Assembly (NCBI GenBank): GCA_041690295.1
Contig: JAWLHR010000003.1
Coordinates: 96,001-160,000, forward strand
DNA length: 64,000 nt
Source of the DNA: Bdellovibrionales bacterium
Lineage (GTDB): Bacteria; Bdellovibrionota; Bdellovibrionia; Bdellovibrionales; UBA1609
Reading direction: 5' to 3'
Under the pieces are notes generated by a model, which did not search any database, was not told the origin of the DNA, and worked only from the letters and a program-made list of their open reading frames with translations. The position numbers and the translations under genes are program-made. Every line of letters begins with the position of its first letter. Positions within the stretch are counted from its first letter, which is position 1. Below are positions 30,964 to 40,537 of the stretch, in pieces.

Positions 30964-32195
30964 ATGTTGTAGGCCCGAAGCGTGTTCATCGCGGACTTGA
31001 ATCCGGTACGAGTGATCGCCGTCAAGACTTTGGTATTGAGTGAAAAGTGATCGTAGAAAAAGAACTCGTAATCCTGGGGGCTGGGGTGGATGTAAATGTA
31101 ATCCACGTCGGGATTGAAGTTCGTGCGTTGAACTAAGATATCGACCAGTTTGGCGATATGTTCTTCGGCGATTTGTTTTTCTCGCATGTAACCCTGGACC
31201 GCTTTGATCATGGCCCGCACGTCGTGTTGATGTTTGATATGGGTTTCGATCTTCTTTTGCACCACCTGGTACAAAGCCTGGTTGAAGATGAGCGGCATTC
31301 CGTATTCGTGCAGAGAACCCATTTCTTCGGTGAAGTGATAGGGCTGGATTGAATAAGAGGCGATCACTAAATCCGCACCTTGGTCCGCGGCGATATGGGT
31401 GGAAAGCGTGTCGCGAATTTCTCCGTCAAAGTAGAATATCTCGCGGCCTTTTTGATTACGGATCCCATAAGGCGCGAAAAAGGGTGGAAGCGCGGCCGAG
31501 GCCGCCACCGCTTCGCTGATCTTGGCGTAATCAACGAATTTAACTTCGCGGGTTTTAATCGTTTCTTCAAACGGCCCGAAAATCGCTTTACGGGAATGAT
31601 TGAGTTGCGTCGCGACGATATAAAGTTCAGCCCCTAATTTCTTAAAATCATTCTCCGGCACGACGTAGGTCCGGATATATTTTTCGATATTCTTGGTGCT
31701 GAAGATACCATTGATCTTGAAGGCTTCTTTCAATGAAGCTTCAATGCCGCCGCTCACCGCCAGCCGGCGGCGAAACATCTTGGGCAAAAGTCGAGCTGGG
31801 TGTCCCGCGCCCAAATTCAACGCGAAGATATCACGATAGGAAAGTGGTTTCAGATAAGGATTATCGCTTTTGACACGAGTGAGTGCGCCGATTCCCGCGC
31901 CGCGCGTGAACGCTTCGATAATCGCATCGAGCGAGTGTCCGCTCGCTAGAAACGTCGCCACCACCGAGCCCGCACTGGACCCGACGTAAAGCCGGATGGT
32001 GAGCTCCTTGTTTTCAAATTTCAAACGGTCCTGGGGATCAGTGCCGCCGGCGAAGGTAAAACCTTTTTCGCGAAGCGCAAGGCAGACCCCAATGTGAAAA
32101 GCGGCCGCCTTGACGCCTCCGCCGCTCAGAACCAATGCGATCCGTTTACGGTCAGATAACTTCACTTGGTCAACTCTACGTGGATGAGTATTCAA
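30960..32195 (-). CDS. Patatin-like phospholipase (start uncertain)
   Basis: GGGVKA oxyanion loop, GSSAG nucleophile, DGE. Confidence 0.9.
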   Translation of the reverse strand: MNTHPRRVDQVKLSDRKRIALVLSGGGVKAAAFHIGVCLALREKGFTFAGGTDPQDRLKFENKELTIRLYVGSSAGSVVATFLASGHSLDAIIEAFTRGAGIGALTRVKSDNPYLKPLSYRDIFALNLGAGHPARLLPKMFRRRLAVSGGIEASLKEAFKINGIFSTKNIEKYIRTYVVPENDFKKLGAELYIVATQLNHSRKAIFGPFEETIKTREVKFVDYAKISEAVAASAALPPFFAPYGIRNQKGREIFYFDGEIRDTLSTHIAADQGADLVIASYSIQPYHFTEEMGSLHEYGMPLIFNQALYQVVQKKIETHIKHQHDVRAMIKAVQGYMREKQIAEEHIAKLVDILVQRTNFNPDVDYIYIHPSPQDYEFFFYDHFSLNTKVLTAITRTGFKSAMNTLRAYNI

Positions 32196-32348
32196 AATCC
32201 AGAAAAAGGCGACTACTCAGAATGACCAATCCTCTGAACTGGCCTTTGGGCCTTGTTTTCAGGGCATAGGCCCAGTTTTGGACCGTGACTACTCACATTG
32301 CTTTACATGCCTAAATGCTATGCTAAGTTTTGAATATCCATAGGAGGA

Positions 32349-32789
32349 GTGTTGAGCACTCAGGCTTGGTTAACCTTAATTGAGTATTCAAACAAGTATC
32401 GGGTGAGCTTGTCCACTCTGCGCCGGCGGATCAAAGGCGGCGAAATCGAGTACAAGTTTTCCGATGGGAAATATTTGATCAAGGATGGCCCGTTGCAAGT
32501 CAGTTCGGAAGCGGAGGCAGTCGCCCCCCCACCCTCGGTGAAGCCTCAGCCGCGAAATGACGAATCGGCGGACAAAGACCAATTTTGGCGAACCACTCAA
32601 GGCCTTTTGAATGAAATCAAAAAGGCCTACTCCCTCATCCTTCAGGAGAAGGAGGAGCAAATATTACAACTCAAGGAGGAGGTCGCGGACCTAAAGACAT
32701 TGGTCCGCGTCCTTGAAGAAGACAACACGCGGATGAAATCCGCGGTTGCCCCACCTGACTTGGATCTCGACTTCGGATTGGAAGCTTAA
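32349..32789 (+). CDS. Hypothetical DNA-binding protein: MerR/excisionase-like wHTH, Pro-rich linker, coiled coil
   Basis: WLTL.EYS.KY.VS.STLRRRIK.G wHTH; QEKEEQILQLKEEVADLK heptads; AGGAGG RBS (TTG 32352 likely start). Confidence 0.8.
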   Translation: MLSTQAWLTLIEYSNKYRVSLSTLRRRIKGGEIEYKFSDGKYLIKDGPLQVSSEAEAVAPPPSVKPQPRNDESADKDQFWRTTQGLLNEIKKAYSLILQEKEEQILQLKEEVADLKTLVRVLEEDNTRMKSAVAPPDLDLDFGLEA

Positions 32790-35200
32790 GCCGCCGCCGC
32801 CGGAGATTTGGGCTTCTTCGGCGCCTTGTCCTTGGTTTTTTGCTTGGCCGCTTTTTTATCGAAAGCCATCGCGAAAACCTCATCGAGATTTTCCACGAAC
32901 ACGAAGCTCAGTTTCTTTTTGAACTCCTCGGGAATGTCGGCGAGGTCTTTCTGATTGGCGAGCGGCAGAATTATATTGGTGATGCCATGAGTGAGGGCCG
33001 CGAGTGATTTTTCGCGAATTCCTCCCACGGGCAGGACGCGGCCGGAAAGCGTAATTTCACCGGTCATCGCGATGTCCGTTCGAACCGGCACTCCGGTCAT
33101 CAAGCTGGTCAACGCGGTGGCCATCGTCACGCCCGCCGATGGACCATCTTTGGGAATGGCGCCCGCGGGCAAGTGAATGTGAACTTCGTTCGTTTCGAAA
33201 AATTCAGGGTCAATACCAAGTTCTTCACAATGGGCATGGGCGTAGGACCAAGCGGCACGAGCGGACTCTTTCATCACGTCGCCCAGCTGTCCCGTAAGTA
33301 CCAGGCCGCCTTTGCCTTTCATTTTCAAAGCTTCAACGTAGAGCACTTCACCGCCAGCCTGGGTCCAGGCGAGACCCGTGCTGATTCCCACTTGATTCTC
33401 TTTGAGGCGCTCCTCACGTAAAAAGCGGGGCGGACCCAAAAGCTCGGGAATGTTTTGCGGCGTGATCACCACTTTCTCGTTATGGCCGAAGACGAATTTC
33501 TTGGCCACTTTACGGCAAAGCGAGCCGATTTCGCGCTCGAGGTTCCGTAATCCAGCTTCACGGGTGTAATGGGAAATCAGATAAGACAAACCGTCATCGG
33601 TGAATTCAATTTGATCCTTGGTAATTCCGTTCGCCTCGATCTGGCGGGAAATCAGGTGTTCCTTCGCGATCAGAAGCTTGTCTGAATCCGTATAGCCGCT
33701 GATATTGATGGTTTCCATACGATCGCGAAGCGCCGGCGGGATGTTCTCGTAGACGTTCGCGGTGGCGATGAACAAAACATTGCTCAGATCGAAATCCACG
33801 TTGAGGTAGTTGTCGCGGAATGAATGGTTTTGTTCAGGATCGAGCACTTCGAGCATGGCGGCGCTCGGATCGCCACGGAAATCCGAACCAAGCTTGTCGA
33901 TTTCGTCGAGAACCATCACTGGATTATTGGTTTTCACTTGTTTCAAAGCTTGAATGATTTTGCCCGGCATGGCGCCCACATAGGTGCGGCGGTGACCGCG
34001 GATTTCCGCTTCGTCTTTGACACCGCCAAGGGCGATACGGAAATATTCGCGGCCCATCGATCGCGCGATGCTCTTACCGAGAGAGGTCTTTCCAACTCCC
34101 GGAGGGCCGACGAAGCAAAGGATTGGGCCCTTCATGTTTTTCTCTTTTAATTTACGGACAGCGAGAAATTCGAGAATGCGGTCTTTGGCTTTATGGAGGT
34201 CGTAGTGGTCTTCATCCAATATACGTTGCGCCCGGTGAAGGTCGAGATTGTCCACGGTGGATTTACTCCAGGGGAGATCCACCATCCAATCCAGATAAGT
34301 CCTCACCATACTGGCTTCGGAAGCATCCGGGTGCATGCGTTCCAAACGGCCGAGCTGTTTCAAAGCCTCGGCTTGAACATTTTCAGGCATTCCGGCCTTG
34401 ATAATGCGCTCCCGCAGCTCTTCCATTTCCTCGGTTTTCGAATCATTTTCACCGAGCTCGTTCTTTATGGCGCGCATTTGTTCGCGCAGGAAGTACTCAC
34501 GTTGGCTCTTGGACATTTCGTCCTTGGCCTGTGAGCGGATTCGGGCCTGCATTTGCAGGACTTCGAGTTCGTTGGCGAGAATCTCGTTCACCAGCAACAA
34601 ACGCTCTTTGGGATGGAAAGTTTCGAGAACGCGTTGGGCGTCGGCCACTTTCAATCCAAGATTGCTGGCGATCAAATCAGCCAGGCGGCCCGGATCGGAA
34701 ACATCATCAAGAACCAAAAGAATGTCCGGCGAGAGCATGCGTCCAAGAGCGATGATCTTTTCCAGATGCTCTTTGGCGTTTCGGATCATGGCTTCGAACT
34801 CAACGTTCGAGCCGGCCGCCACTGGAGTTTCTTCGATTTTTTCAACGGACACTTCGAAACAGGGATCGGATTTTACAAAACGCTTGATGCGACCTTTGGA
34901 AACACCTTGGATCAGAATTTTCACGCGGCCGTCGGAGAGTTTGCGCATGCGCATGATCATGGCGATCGTGCCCACGCGGTAAATGGTATTCTCGGAGGGA
35001 TTTTCTTCGGTGATTTCTTTTTGCGAGGCGAGGAAGATCAGACGATTCTTGCTCAGTGATTCCTCAACCGCCCGAATCGATGATTCGCGACCCACATACA
35101 GCGGAAGAATCATGTACGGAAACACGACAATGTCGCGAACCGGAAGCATGGGCAGGGTTTCGGGAATTTCTAAGGATCGTTCATCAAAGCTCATTTGCAT
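32786..35200 (-). CDS. lon: ATP-dependent Lon protease
   Basis: [16 protein letters not shown] catalytic Ser. Confidence 0.99.
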   Translation of the reverse strand: MQMSFDERSLEIPETLPMLPVRDIVVFPYMILPLYVGRESSIRAVEESLSKNRLIFLASQKEITEENPSENTIYRVGTIAMIMRMRKLSDGRVKILIQGVSKGRIKRFVKSDPCFEVSVEKIEETPVAAGSNVEFEAMIRNAKEHLEKIIALGRMLSPDILLVLDDVSDPGRLADLIASNLGLKVADAQRVLETFHPKERLLLVNEILANELEVLQMQARIRSQAKDEMSKSQREYFLREQMRAIKNELGENDSKTEEMEELRERIIKAGMPENVQAEALKQLGRLERMHPDASEASMVRTYLDWMVDLPWSKSTVDNLDLHRAQRILDEDHYDLHKAKDRILEFLAVRKLKEKNMKGPILCFVGPPGVGKTSLGKSIARSMGREYFRIALGGVKDEAEIRGHRRTYVGAMPGKIIQALKQVKTNNPVMVLDEIDKLGSDFRGDPSAAMLEVLDPEQNHSFRDNYLNVDFDLSNVLFIATANVYENIPPALRDRMETINISGYTDSDKLLIAKEHLISRQIEANGITKDQIEFTDDGLSYLISHYTREAGLRNLEREIGSLCRKVAKKFVFGHNEKVVITPQNIPELLGPPRFLREERLKENQVGISTGLAWTQAGGEVLYVEALKMKGKGGLVLTGQLGDVMKESARAAWSYAHAHCEELGIDPEFFETNEVHIHLPAGAIPKDGPSAGVTMATALTSLMTGVPVRTDIAMTGEITLSGRVLPVGGIREKSLAALTHGITNIILPLANQKDLADIPEEFKKKLSFVFVENLDEVFAMAFDKKAAKQKTKDKAPKKPKSPAAAA

Positions 35201-35238
35201 CCTCCGCGTCTCGCGGCAAAGGTGTTCATGTAAAAACC

Positions 35239-35266
35239 TTGTCGGCGGAGGTTTAAAATGGCTTTA
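35239..35266 (-). promoter_or_regulatory. Putative sigma28-type promoter of lon
   Basis: Minus strand TAAA-N16-GCCGACAA. Confidence 0.55.
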
Positions 35267-35369
35267 AGCGCTAAAGCCCTGCAGATAGTCTGGAAATTGG
35301 AATTTCCCGTGGTCTGTAAGACTTTATTTAGCCATCAGTCCGGAGTATGAAATTTTCCTATTTCTCCCA

Positions 35370-35729
35370 TTAGGCGCGCTTGGAGCCCCCCGATTCGCGG
35401 ATTTCAGCGCCTTCGATACTGAGTCTTGTCCAGGGGATAGCTAACAGACGTTCAAGTGAGATGGGCTCACCGGTTTCCTCACAAATGCCGTAGGTGCCCC
35501 TCTCAATCCGGGAAAGCGCGGCTTCGATCTCGAAAATTTGCTTTCTTAACCTTTGTTGAGCCGCGAAAAGCTGATTCTCCGTCAAAATGGATACAGTTTG
35601 ATCAACTTCGTCGCCACGATGATCCCTCTCGCGGAAATCCGCGACGTAGTTGCTGAAGCGGTTCAGAAGCTCCTCTTTCGCACGTATGAGTTTCTGCTTG
35701 CATTGGGCGATTGTTTCTTTGTCGATCAT
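35370..35729 (-). CDS. DksA/TraR family regulator, one-cysteine type
   Basis: DEVDQT coiled-coil tip, GTYGICEETGEPI..ERLLAIPWTRLS; GGAGG before ATG 35729. Confidence 0.88.
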   Translation of the reverse strand: MIDKETIAQCKQKLIRAKEELLNRFSNYVADFRERDHRGDEVDQTVSILTENQLFAAQQRLRKQIFEIEAALSRIERGTYGICEETGEPISLERLLAIPWTRLSIEGAEIRESGGSKRA

Positions 35730-35774
35730 GTCCCCTCCCGTCCAGGTCGACTTAAACCTAAAGACAAAAGGGGG

Positions 35775-35802
35775 AGCCTGGCCGGTTATCGCCGGACAGG
35801 CT
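35775..35802. terminator. Hairpin over the LpoA-like gene stop codon
   Basis: AGCCTG(G)CCGG-TTATCG-CCGG(A)CAGGCT with T-rich tracts on both strands. Confidence 0.45.
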
Positions 35803-37789
35803 TTTTCTGAGAGGGCTCGGCGGAATCGTTCTCGAGCTCGGGTGACCAAGCCGTGATGCTGTTTTGCTTCACGACGAAAGGCGTAAGCGGCCGCACAAGT
35901 TCACGGTTCGCGTTCATGGTCATTGGTCCAGTGATACCTTTGAATTCACGAATATTGTTGAGAGCCGAAGCCAAACCCACGCGGGAACGCTCGCCATTTT
36001 CAATCAGGCGTCTGAGGAGCAATCCGGTTTCATATCCTTGGGATTCGAAGATGCCCGGCTCTTCCCCGTAGGCTTCTTTGAAATCTTTAAAAAATTTCGA
36101 GCTGCGGAAAGCCGGGTCATTGATCAGATTACTGTCGACGAAGACCGCGTTTTCCACGTTTTGTTGTCCCCGGCGGATCAGTTCCGAAGAATTCCAGACA
36201 TTCGTGCCCAGCATTCGAATGTTGGTGACACCCTGATACGCCAGCATGGGCGCGATTTGCCCCACCGCACGGGGAGTGTCGGGAATGAAGATCGCATCGA
36301 AATCAACGATGGGAGGCAAGAGATCATCGGGAGGACTTCGCCGTGCCGAAACCCGTTTTTGTTTTTTAAACCACTCGGTCACGCGACTTCTATATTCCGT
36401 ACGACGATCTTCAACATAAAAAGTTCCGACCAAACGCTTAACCGGTCCGCGAAAGTCCGTTTCTTTGGGATTGTACACCTGGGCTCCGGCGATCACGCCG
36501 CCACGGGCGAGAACTTCGTCCCAGAATAAATTAGCGTACTCCACGCCGTAGGGATCATTGGGATAGAGAATGGCGAACCTTTTCAGCTTCAGATCTTCCA
36601 TCGCCAGGCGAACCAATTCTTTGACCTGCATTTCACTGGTGACGGCGTTACGAAATATGTACGGCCCGATCTCGGTCAGTCCGGCTTTTTGCGAAAGGGC
36701 GATTGAAGGCACTCCGAGTTCATCGGCTTTGGCGGCGACCGTGGCCGCGGTCCGGCTTAAAAGACTGCCGACAATGGCAATCGCGCTATCTTCAAGAACC
36801 AACCGTTCCACCGACTGGCGCGCCTGATCCGGTGAGCCTTCACTATCGACAACCGCGAGACGGAAGGAACTTCGATCCGGTCCGGTGATGCCAAGCCCTA
36901 GGCGCAAACCATTCAATGTCTTATACGCGACGGTCGAGTACCGGCCGGTGAGAGGTAAGACCGCCCCGATCGTGTCGGCGTCCACGCGCCGGCGTGAATC
37001 GATCTGTTGAACATAACTTTCGGCCCGGCTTTGGTAAGGTGTTCCCTGTCCCCATTCCGCCGCTCGCGCGAAAAAACTTCGGGCATCGTCGTATTTTTTC
37101 TTCTGCAAGCGGAACATTCCCAAGCGGAACGCGGCTTGCGCGCGGACGAAACCGAACTCCTCATCACCCACGATTTTTTCCAGATCCGATTCCGTCAGAT
37201 ATTGCGTGACGACTTCCGAAGCGCGGGCCTGCGCCGAAGACTTGGCTTCGGGGTTTGGATCCTTCGCGTAGATAAAGGCCAAAGCTCTTAAAGCGTCCAA
37301 ACGATCGCCGGTGGTGACGAGCACGGCGTAACGATGGCGGTACAATTCGAGCTTAAACGCATCGGACAGCCCCGGGATTTTTAATCCGCGGGCGCTCAGG
37401 GCGAGCGATTCATCCAAGCGACCCATTTTATGAAGACAGCGGGATGCACCAAGCAGGGCTTCGGCTTCATTGGCGGTGAAAACATCGGATTCCACCAGAC
37501 TCATATAGGTGGTGTAAGCCAAATCGAATTTTTGATGTTTGAAATAGATTCGCGCCAATTGAATGGTCGCATCATCGGCCGCATCGGAATTGGGGAATTT
37601 ATTAATCACCCATTTAAAACGGCGAACGGCTTTCGCCTCCGCTCCGGCTGCAAGTTCAACCTGGGCTTTGGCCACTTGCTGTTTAGCATCGGAGGGCGCT
37701 TCCGCCCGGGGTTTTTTCTTCGGCGCCAAAGAACAAGATGCAATCAATAATGTCAAAGCGGTAACTGCCAGCCAGCGTAGCCAATTCAT
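35786..37789 (-). CDS. LpoA/LppC-like lipoprotein (TPR plus periplasmic-binding-protein domain)
   Basis: Lipobox IAS-C, TPR-like N-half, IGAVLPLTG, DFDAIFIPD, F.GITG. Confidence 0.8.
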   Translation of the reverse strand: MNWLRWLAVTALTLLIASCSLAPKKKPRAEAPSDAKQQVAKAQVELAAGAEAKAVRRFKWVINKFPNSDAADDATIQLARIYFKHQKFDLAYTTYMSLVESDVFTANEAEALLGASRCLHKMGRLDESLALSARGLKIPGLSDAFKLELYRHRYAVLVTTGDRLDALRALAFIYAKDPNPEAKSSAQARASEVVTQYLTESDLEKIVGDEEFGFVRAQAAFRLGMFRLQKKKYDDARSFFARAAEWGQGTPYQSRAESYVQQIDSRRRVDADTIGAVLPLTGRYSTVAYKTLNGLRLGLGITGPDRSSFRLAVVDSEGSPDQARQSVERLVLEDSAIAIVGSLLSRTAATVAAKADELGVPSIALSQKAGLTEIGPYIFRNAVTSEMQVKELVRLAMEDLKLKRFAILYPNDPYGVEYANLFWDEVLARGGVIAGAQVYNPKETDFRGPVKRLVGTFYVEDRRTEYRSRVTEWFKKQKRVSARRSPPDDLLPPIVDFDAIFIPDTPRAVGQIAPMLAYQGVTNIRMLGTNVWNSSELIRRGQQNVENAVFVDSNLINDPAFRSSKFFKDFKEAYGEEPGIFESQGYETGLLLRRLIENGERSRVGLASALNNIREFKGITGPMTMNANRELVRPLTPFVVKQNSITAWSPELENDSAEPSQKKPVRR

Positions 37790-38784
37790 TATGAAGACCT
37801 CTGTTGCATTAAACGTCTCATCTTATCCCGAAACTCATTAACTAAGGGAGAATTGCCCGCGGTTTTTCGCAGCTTTTCAAGCGATTCCCGGTCTTCCGGC
37901 GAAATGGTACTCGGAACATCTACAATGACTTTCACCAGCATATCGCCCGGTGCATAGCCACCGATATCGGGAAACCCTTTCCCCTTCAATCGGAAGATCT
38001 GGCCGGGATGAGTGCCCGGGGGGATATTCAGAATCGCCTTCCCCGTGAGTGTGGGGACTTCAATCTGCGTTCCCAACAACGCATCCACGAACGAGATGGG
38101 AAGCTCCATGAGGACATCGTTATCTTTGCGTTTGAACAGGGGATGGTCCTGGAAATTGATGATCACATACAAATCGCCCGGTTTACCGGCTCCGGGCGGA
38201 CTGTCACCTTCACCGCGCAATTTCAAGCGCTGCCCGGTTTTAACGCCGGCCGGGACTGTGATTGAAAGTTTGGCGTGGTCTTCGCGACCGCCACGATGGC
38301 GTACGAAATGGATTCGTTTCTCCGTGCCCGTGGCCGCTTCTTCGAGCGTGATGTTCAGTGTGTAACGGAGATCGGCGCCCCGCTCTTCCCGGCGAAATCC
38401 GCGCCGTCCCGCCTCGCCCGTGAAAATCTCGCCAAAAAAATCGCTGAACAAATCTTGAAAATCCGCGCTCTGCCGGGGATCGAATCCTTGGAAGCCGCCG
38501 AATCCCTCGAATCCGCGGAAGGGGCCCGCGCCCGGACCGCCGGCTCCCGGCCCACCCGCTTGAAAGGCGGCATGGCCGAACTGATCATACATTTTTTTCT
38601 TTTTCGGATCGCTGAGGACGTCGTACGCCTCATTCACTTCTTTGAATCGCTCTTCCGCCACCTTGTCGCCGGGATTTTTGTCGGGGTGATATTTGAGCGC
38701 GAGTTTTCGGAAAGCTTTTTTAAGCTCATCGGCAGAGGCTTGGCGGGAAACACCCAAAATGCTGTAGTAATCTTTTTTGGCCAA
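37789..38784 (-). CDS. dnaJ: DnaJ-family co-chaperone without zinc finger (type II/CbpA-like)
   Basis: J-domain HPD, G/F region, no CxxCxGxG repeats. Confidence 0.9.
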   Translation of the reverse strand: MAKKDYYSILGVSRQASADELKKAFRKLALKYHPDKNPGDKVAEERFKEVNEAYDVLSDPKKKKMYDQFGHAAFQAGGPGAGGPGAGPFRGFEGFGGFQGFDPRQSADFQDLFSDFFGEIFTGEAGRRGFRREERGADLRYTLNITLEEAATGTEKRIHFVRHRGGREDHAKLSITVPAGVKTGQRLKLRGEGDSPPGAGKPGDLYVIINFQDHPLFKRKDNDVLMELPISFVDALLGTQIEVPTLTGKAILNIPPGTHPGQIFRLKGKGFPDIGGYAPGDMLVKVIVDVPSTISPEDRESLEKLRKTAGNSPLVNEFRDKMRRLMQQRSS

Positions 38785-38793
38785 TAAACCCTC

Positions 38794-39312
38794 TTACTCT
38801 TTCGCTTCTATCGCCACGATGACCTGGGCGGGCCTTAAAAGTTTATCATGCATTTTGTAGGCTTTTTTGAGTACCCGAATGATTTGTCCCGCGGGCACGT
38901 CGGCGCGTGGTTCACTTCCCAGGGCATCATGAACGTTGGGATCGAAGGGCACGCCCTCCGCTTTCACCTCTTCCACTCCGAATTTTTGCAAAAGCTGGCG
39001 CAATGATTTGGCGATCATTTCGACACCTTGGCGGAACGAACCCGGGTCAGCATCGGCCGGAGCTTCCAAGGCGCGCTCAAAATCATCGATGATTCCCAAC
39101 ATTTCGCGGATGAATTTTTCGGAACCGTATTTGACCAACTCGGAACGCTCTTTAATGGCGTTTTTGCGGTAATTGTCGAATTCCGCGAGAAGGTACAGGT
39201 AATCGTTTTTGGCTTTATCCAATTCCGCTTGGATTTTTTTGAGATCGGGAGCGGAGGTCTCTTCCGCTCCTTCCGCCGGCTTTTCGGGAGTGTTATCAGG
39301 CTTTTCAGTCAT
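38794..39312 (-). CDS. grpE: Nucleotide exchange factor GrpE
   Basis: AEFDNYRK, FDPNVHDA, LLRPAQV. Confidence 0.96.
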   Translation of the reverse strand: MTEKPDNTPEKPAEGAEETSAPDLKKIQAELDKAKNDYLYLLAEFDNYRKNAIKERSELVKYGSEKFIREMLGIIDDFERALEAPADADPGSFRQGVEMIAKSLRQLLQKFGVEEVKAEGVPFDPNVHDALGSEPRADVPAGQIIRVLKKAYKMHDKLLRPAQVIVAIEAKE

Positions 39313-39319
39313 AGACCTA

Positions 39320-39347
39320 AGTATGGGTCCGGCATTTCACCTGTCAA
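39320..39347 (-). promoter_or_regulatory. Putative grpE promoter (sigma70/sigma32-like)
   Basis: TTGACA-N14-CCCATACT ending 8 nt before the ATG. Confidence 0.55.
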
Positions 39348-39350
39348 TGC

Positions 39351-40520
39351 TCACAGAGCTACATCTTCCGGCAGAAAACAGAGTTCTTCGAAGACCTTAT
39401 TGCTCACCATTTGACCCTGTGATGTGAGCCGCCAACCACGATCATTTTTGGTGACAAGACCCTGTGATTCGAGCCGGTCCAATCGTGGTTGCAATCGCCT
39501 TATGATGGTTTCCGGAAACTTTTCATGCAGCGCGTCTTTTGGCATTCCAAACCCGGTTCGCAAATGGGTGTGTGTGAAGTCTGTCAGAGCTTCGTGGACG
39601 TTGAGTGATTCCCGTTGATTCTCGACAATCACGTCAGCGAATTTCTCACCTGACCGAAAGACCTGTTTTTCATATTCGGCCAATGATTTTGGATTCCAGA
39701 AACGCGTTCCGAAATTTCCCCAGGAACGCTGATAAGAATGGCTGCTCAGACCGATGCCCCAATAATCTTTATCCGTCCAGTACGCGATATTGTGACGCGA
39801 TTCAAAGCCCGGTTTGGCGAAGTTGGAGATTTCGTATTTAACCAGACCAAGGCGGCGCAAATGGGATTCGATTTCATCAAACATCGCCACTTGCTCCGCT
39901 TCCGGAGCCCGGCCGCGATTCATGGGATGGCCCTCCGGCACCGTCAAACAGTAAGCGCTCAAGTGGGGCGGCGAGTACTCGGAAACTATTTCAAGGTCTT
40001 TTCGTAAATCTTCGAGAGACTGACCGGGCAAAGCAAAAAGGAGATCGAAGGAATAATTTAAATTATGTTTGTGTAATAATCTGAGCGTTTCGTGGGTGTC
40101 TTGCGAATTGTGCTTGCGCCCACATTTCTTAAGCAAAGAATCATTAAATGTCTGCGCGCCCACGCTGAACCGGTTGATTCCCGCGGCCAGATAAGCTTGC
40201 AGTTTGTTTTCATCCATTGTGGCGGGATTGATTTCAATGGTGGCTTCCGCGTCGTCGGCCAGCGGCAATCCATTGTTTGCAAGTTCGCGCACAATCATTA
40301 CAATAAGATCTGACGAAATCAGGCTCGGAGTTCCACCGCCGAAATACAGGGATCCAATCTTGGATTGTGACCAAAACTTCCGGCGTTGCCGGATTTCCTG
40401 TAGGACCCATTGGACGTATCGCTCAGGCGGAAGAATTTCGGTCCACTCGAACGTGGTGAAGTCGCAGTAGCGGCACCGTTGCAGGCAATAGGGAATGTGG
40501 ACATAGACGGCGAGCGCCAT
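39351..40520 (-). CDS. hemW: Radical SAM heme chaperone HemW
   Basis: YVHIPYC..RC.YCDF, GGGTPS, YEISNF, HN..YW. Confidence 0.93.
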   Translation of the reverse strand: MALAVYVHIPYCLQRCRYCDFTTFEWTEILPPERYVQWVLQEIRQRRKFWSQSKIGSLYFGGGTPSLISSDLIVMIVRELANNGLPLADDAEATIEINPATMDENKLQAYLAAGINRFSVGAQTFNDSLLKKCGRKHNSQDTHETLRLLHKHNLNYSFDLLFALPGQSLEDLRKDLEIVSEYSPPHLSAYCLTVPEGHPMNRGRAPEAEQVAMFDEIESHLRRLGLVKYEISNFAKPGFESRHNIAYWTDKDYWGIGLSSHSYQRSWGNFGTRFWNPKSLAEYEKQVFRSGEKFADVIVENQRESLNVHEALTDFTHTHLRTGFGMPKDALHEKFPETIIRRLQPRLDRLESQGLVTKNDRGWRLTSQGQMVSNKVFEELCFLPEDVAL

Positions 40521-40537
40521 GGATAGGGTCTAAGTTT

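Noticed and set aside
32347..32362. GAGTG..AGCACTC resemblance to CIRCE
   Set aside because: Orientation and spacing do not fit TTAGCACTC-N9-GAGTGCTAA; no CIRCE seen before grpE or lon either
35730..35849. N-terminal extensions in the ORF track (dksA-like, mnmG, parB, tatC, BCCP, lipoprotein at 58933)
   Set aside because: Most overlap neighbouring genes; downstream ATGs have an RBS or translational coupling
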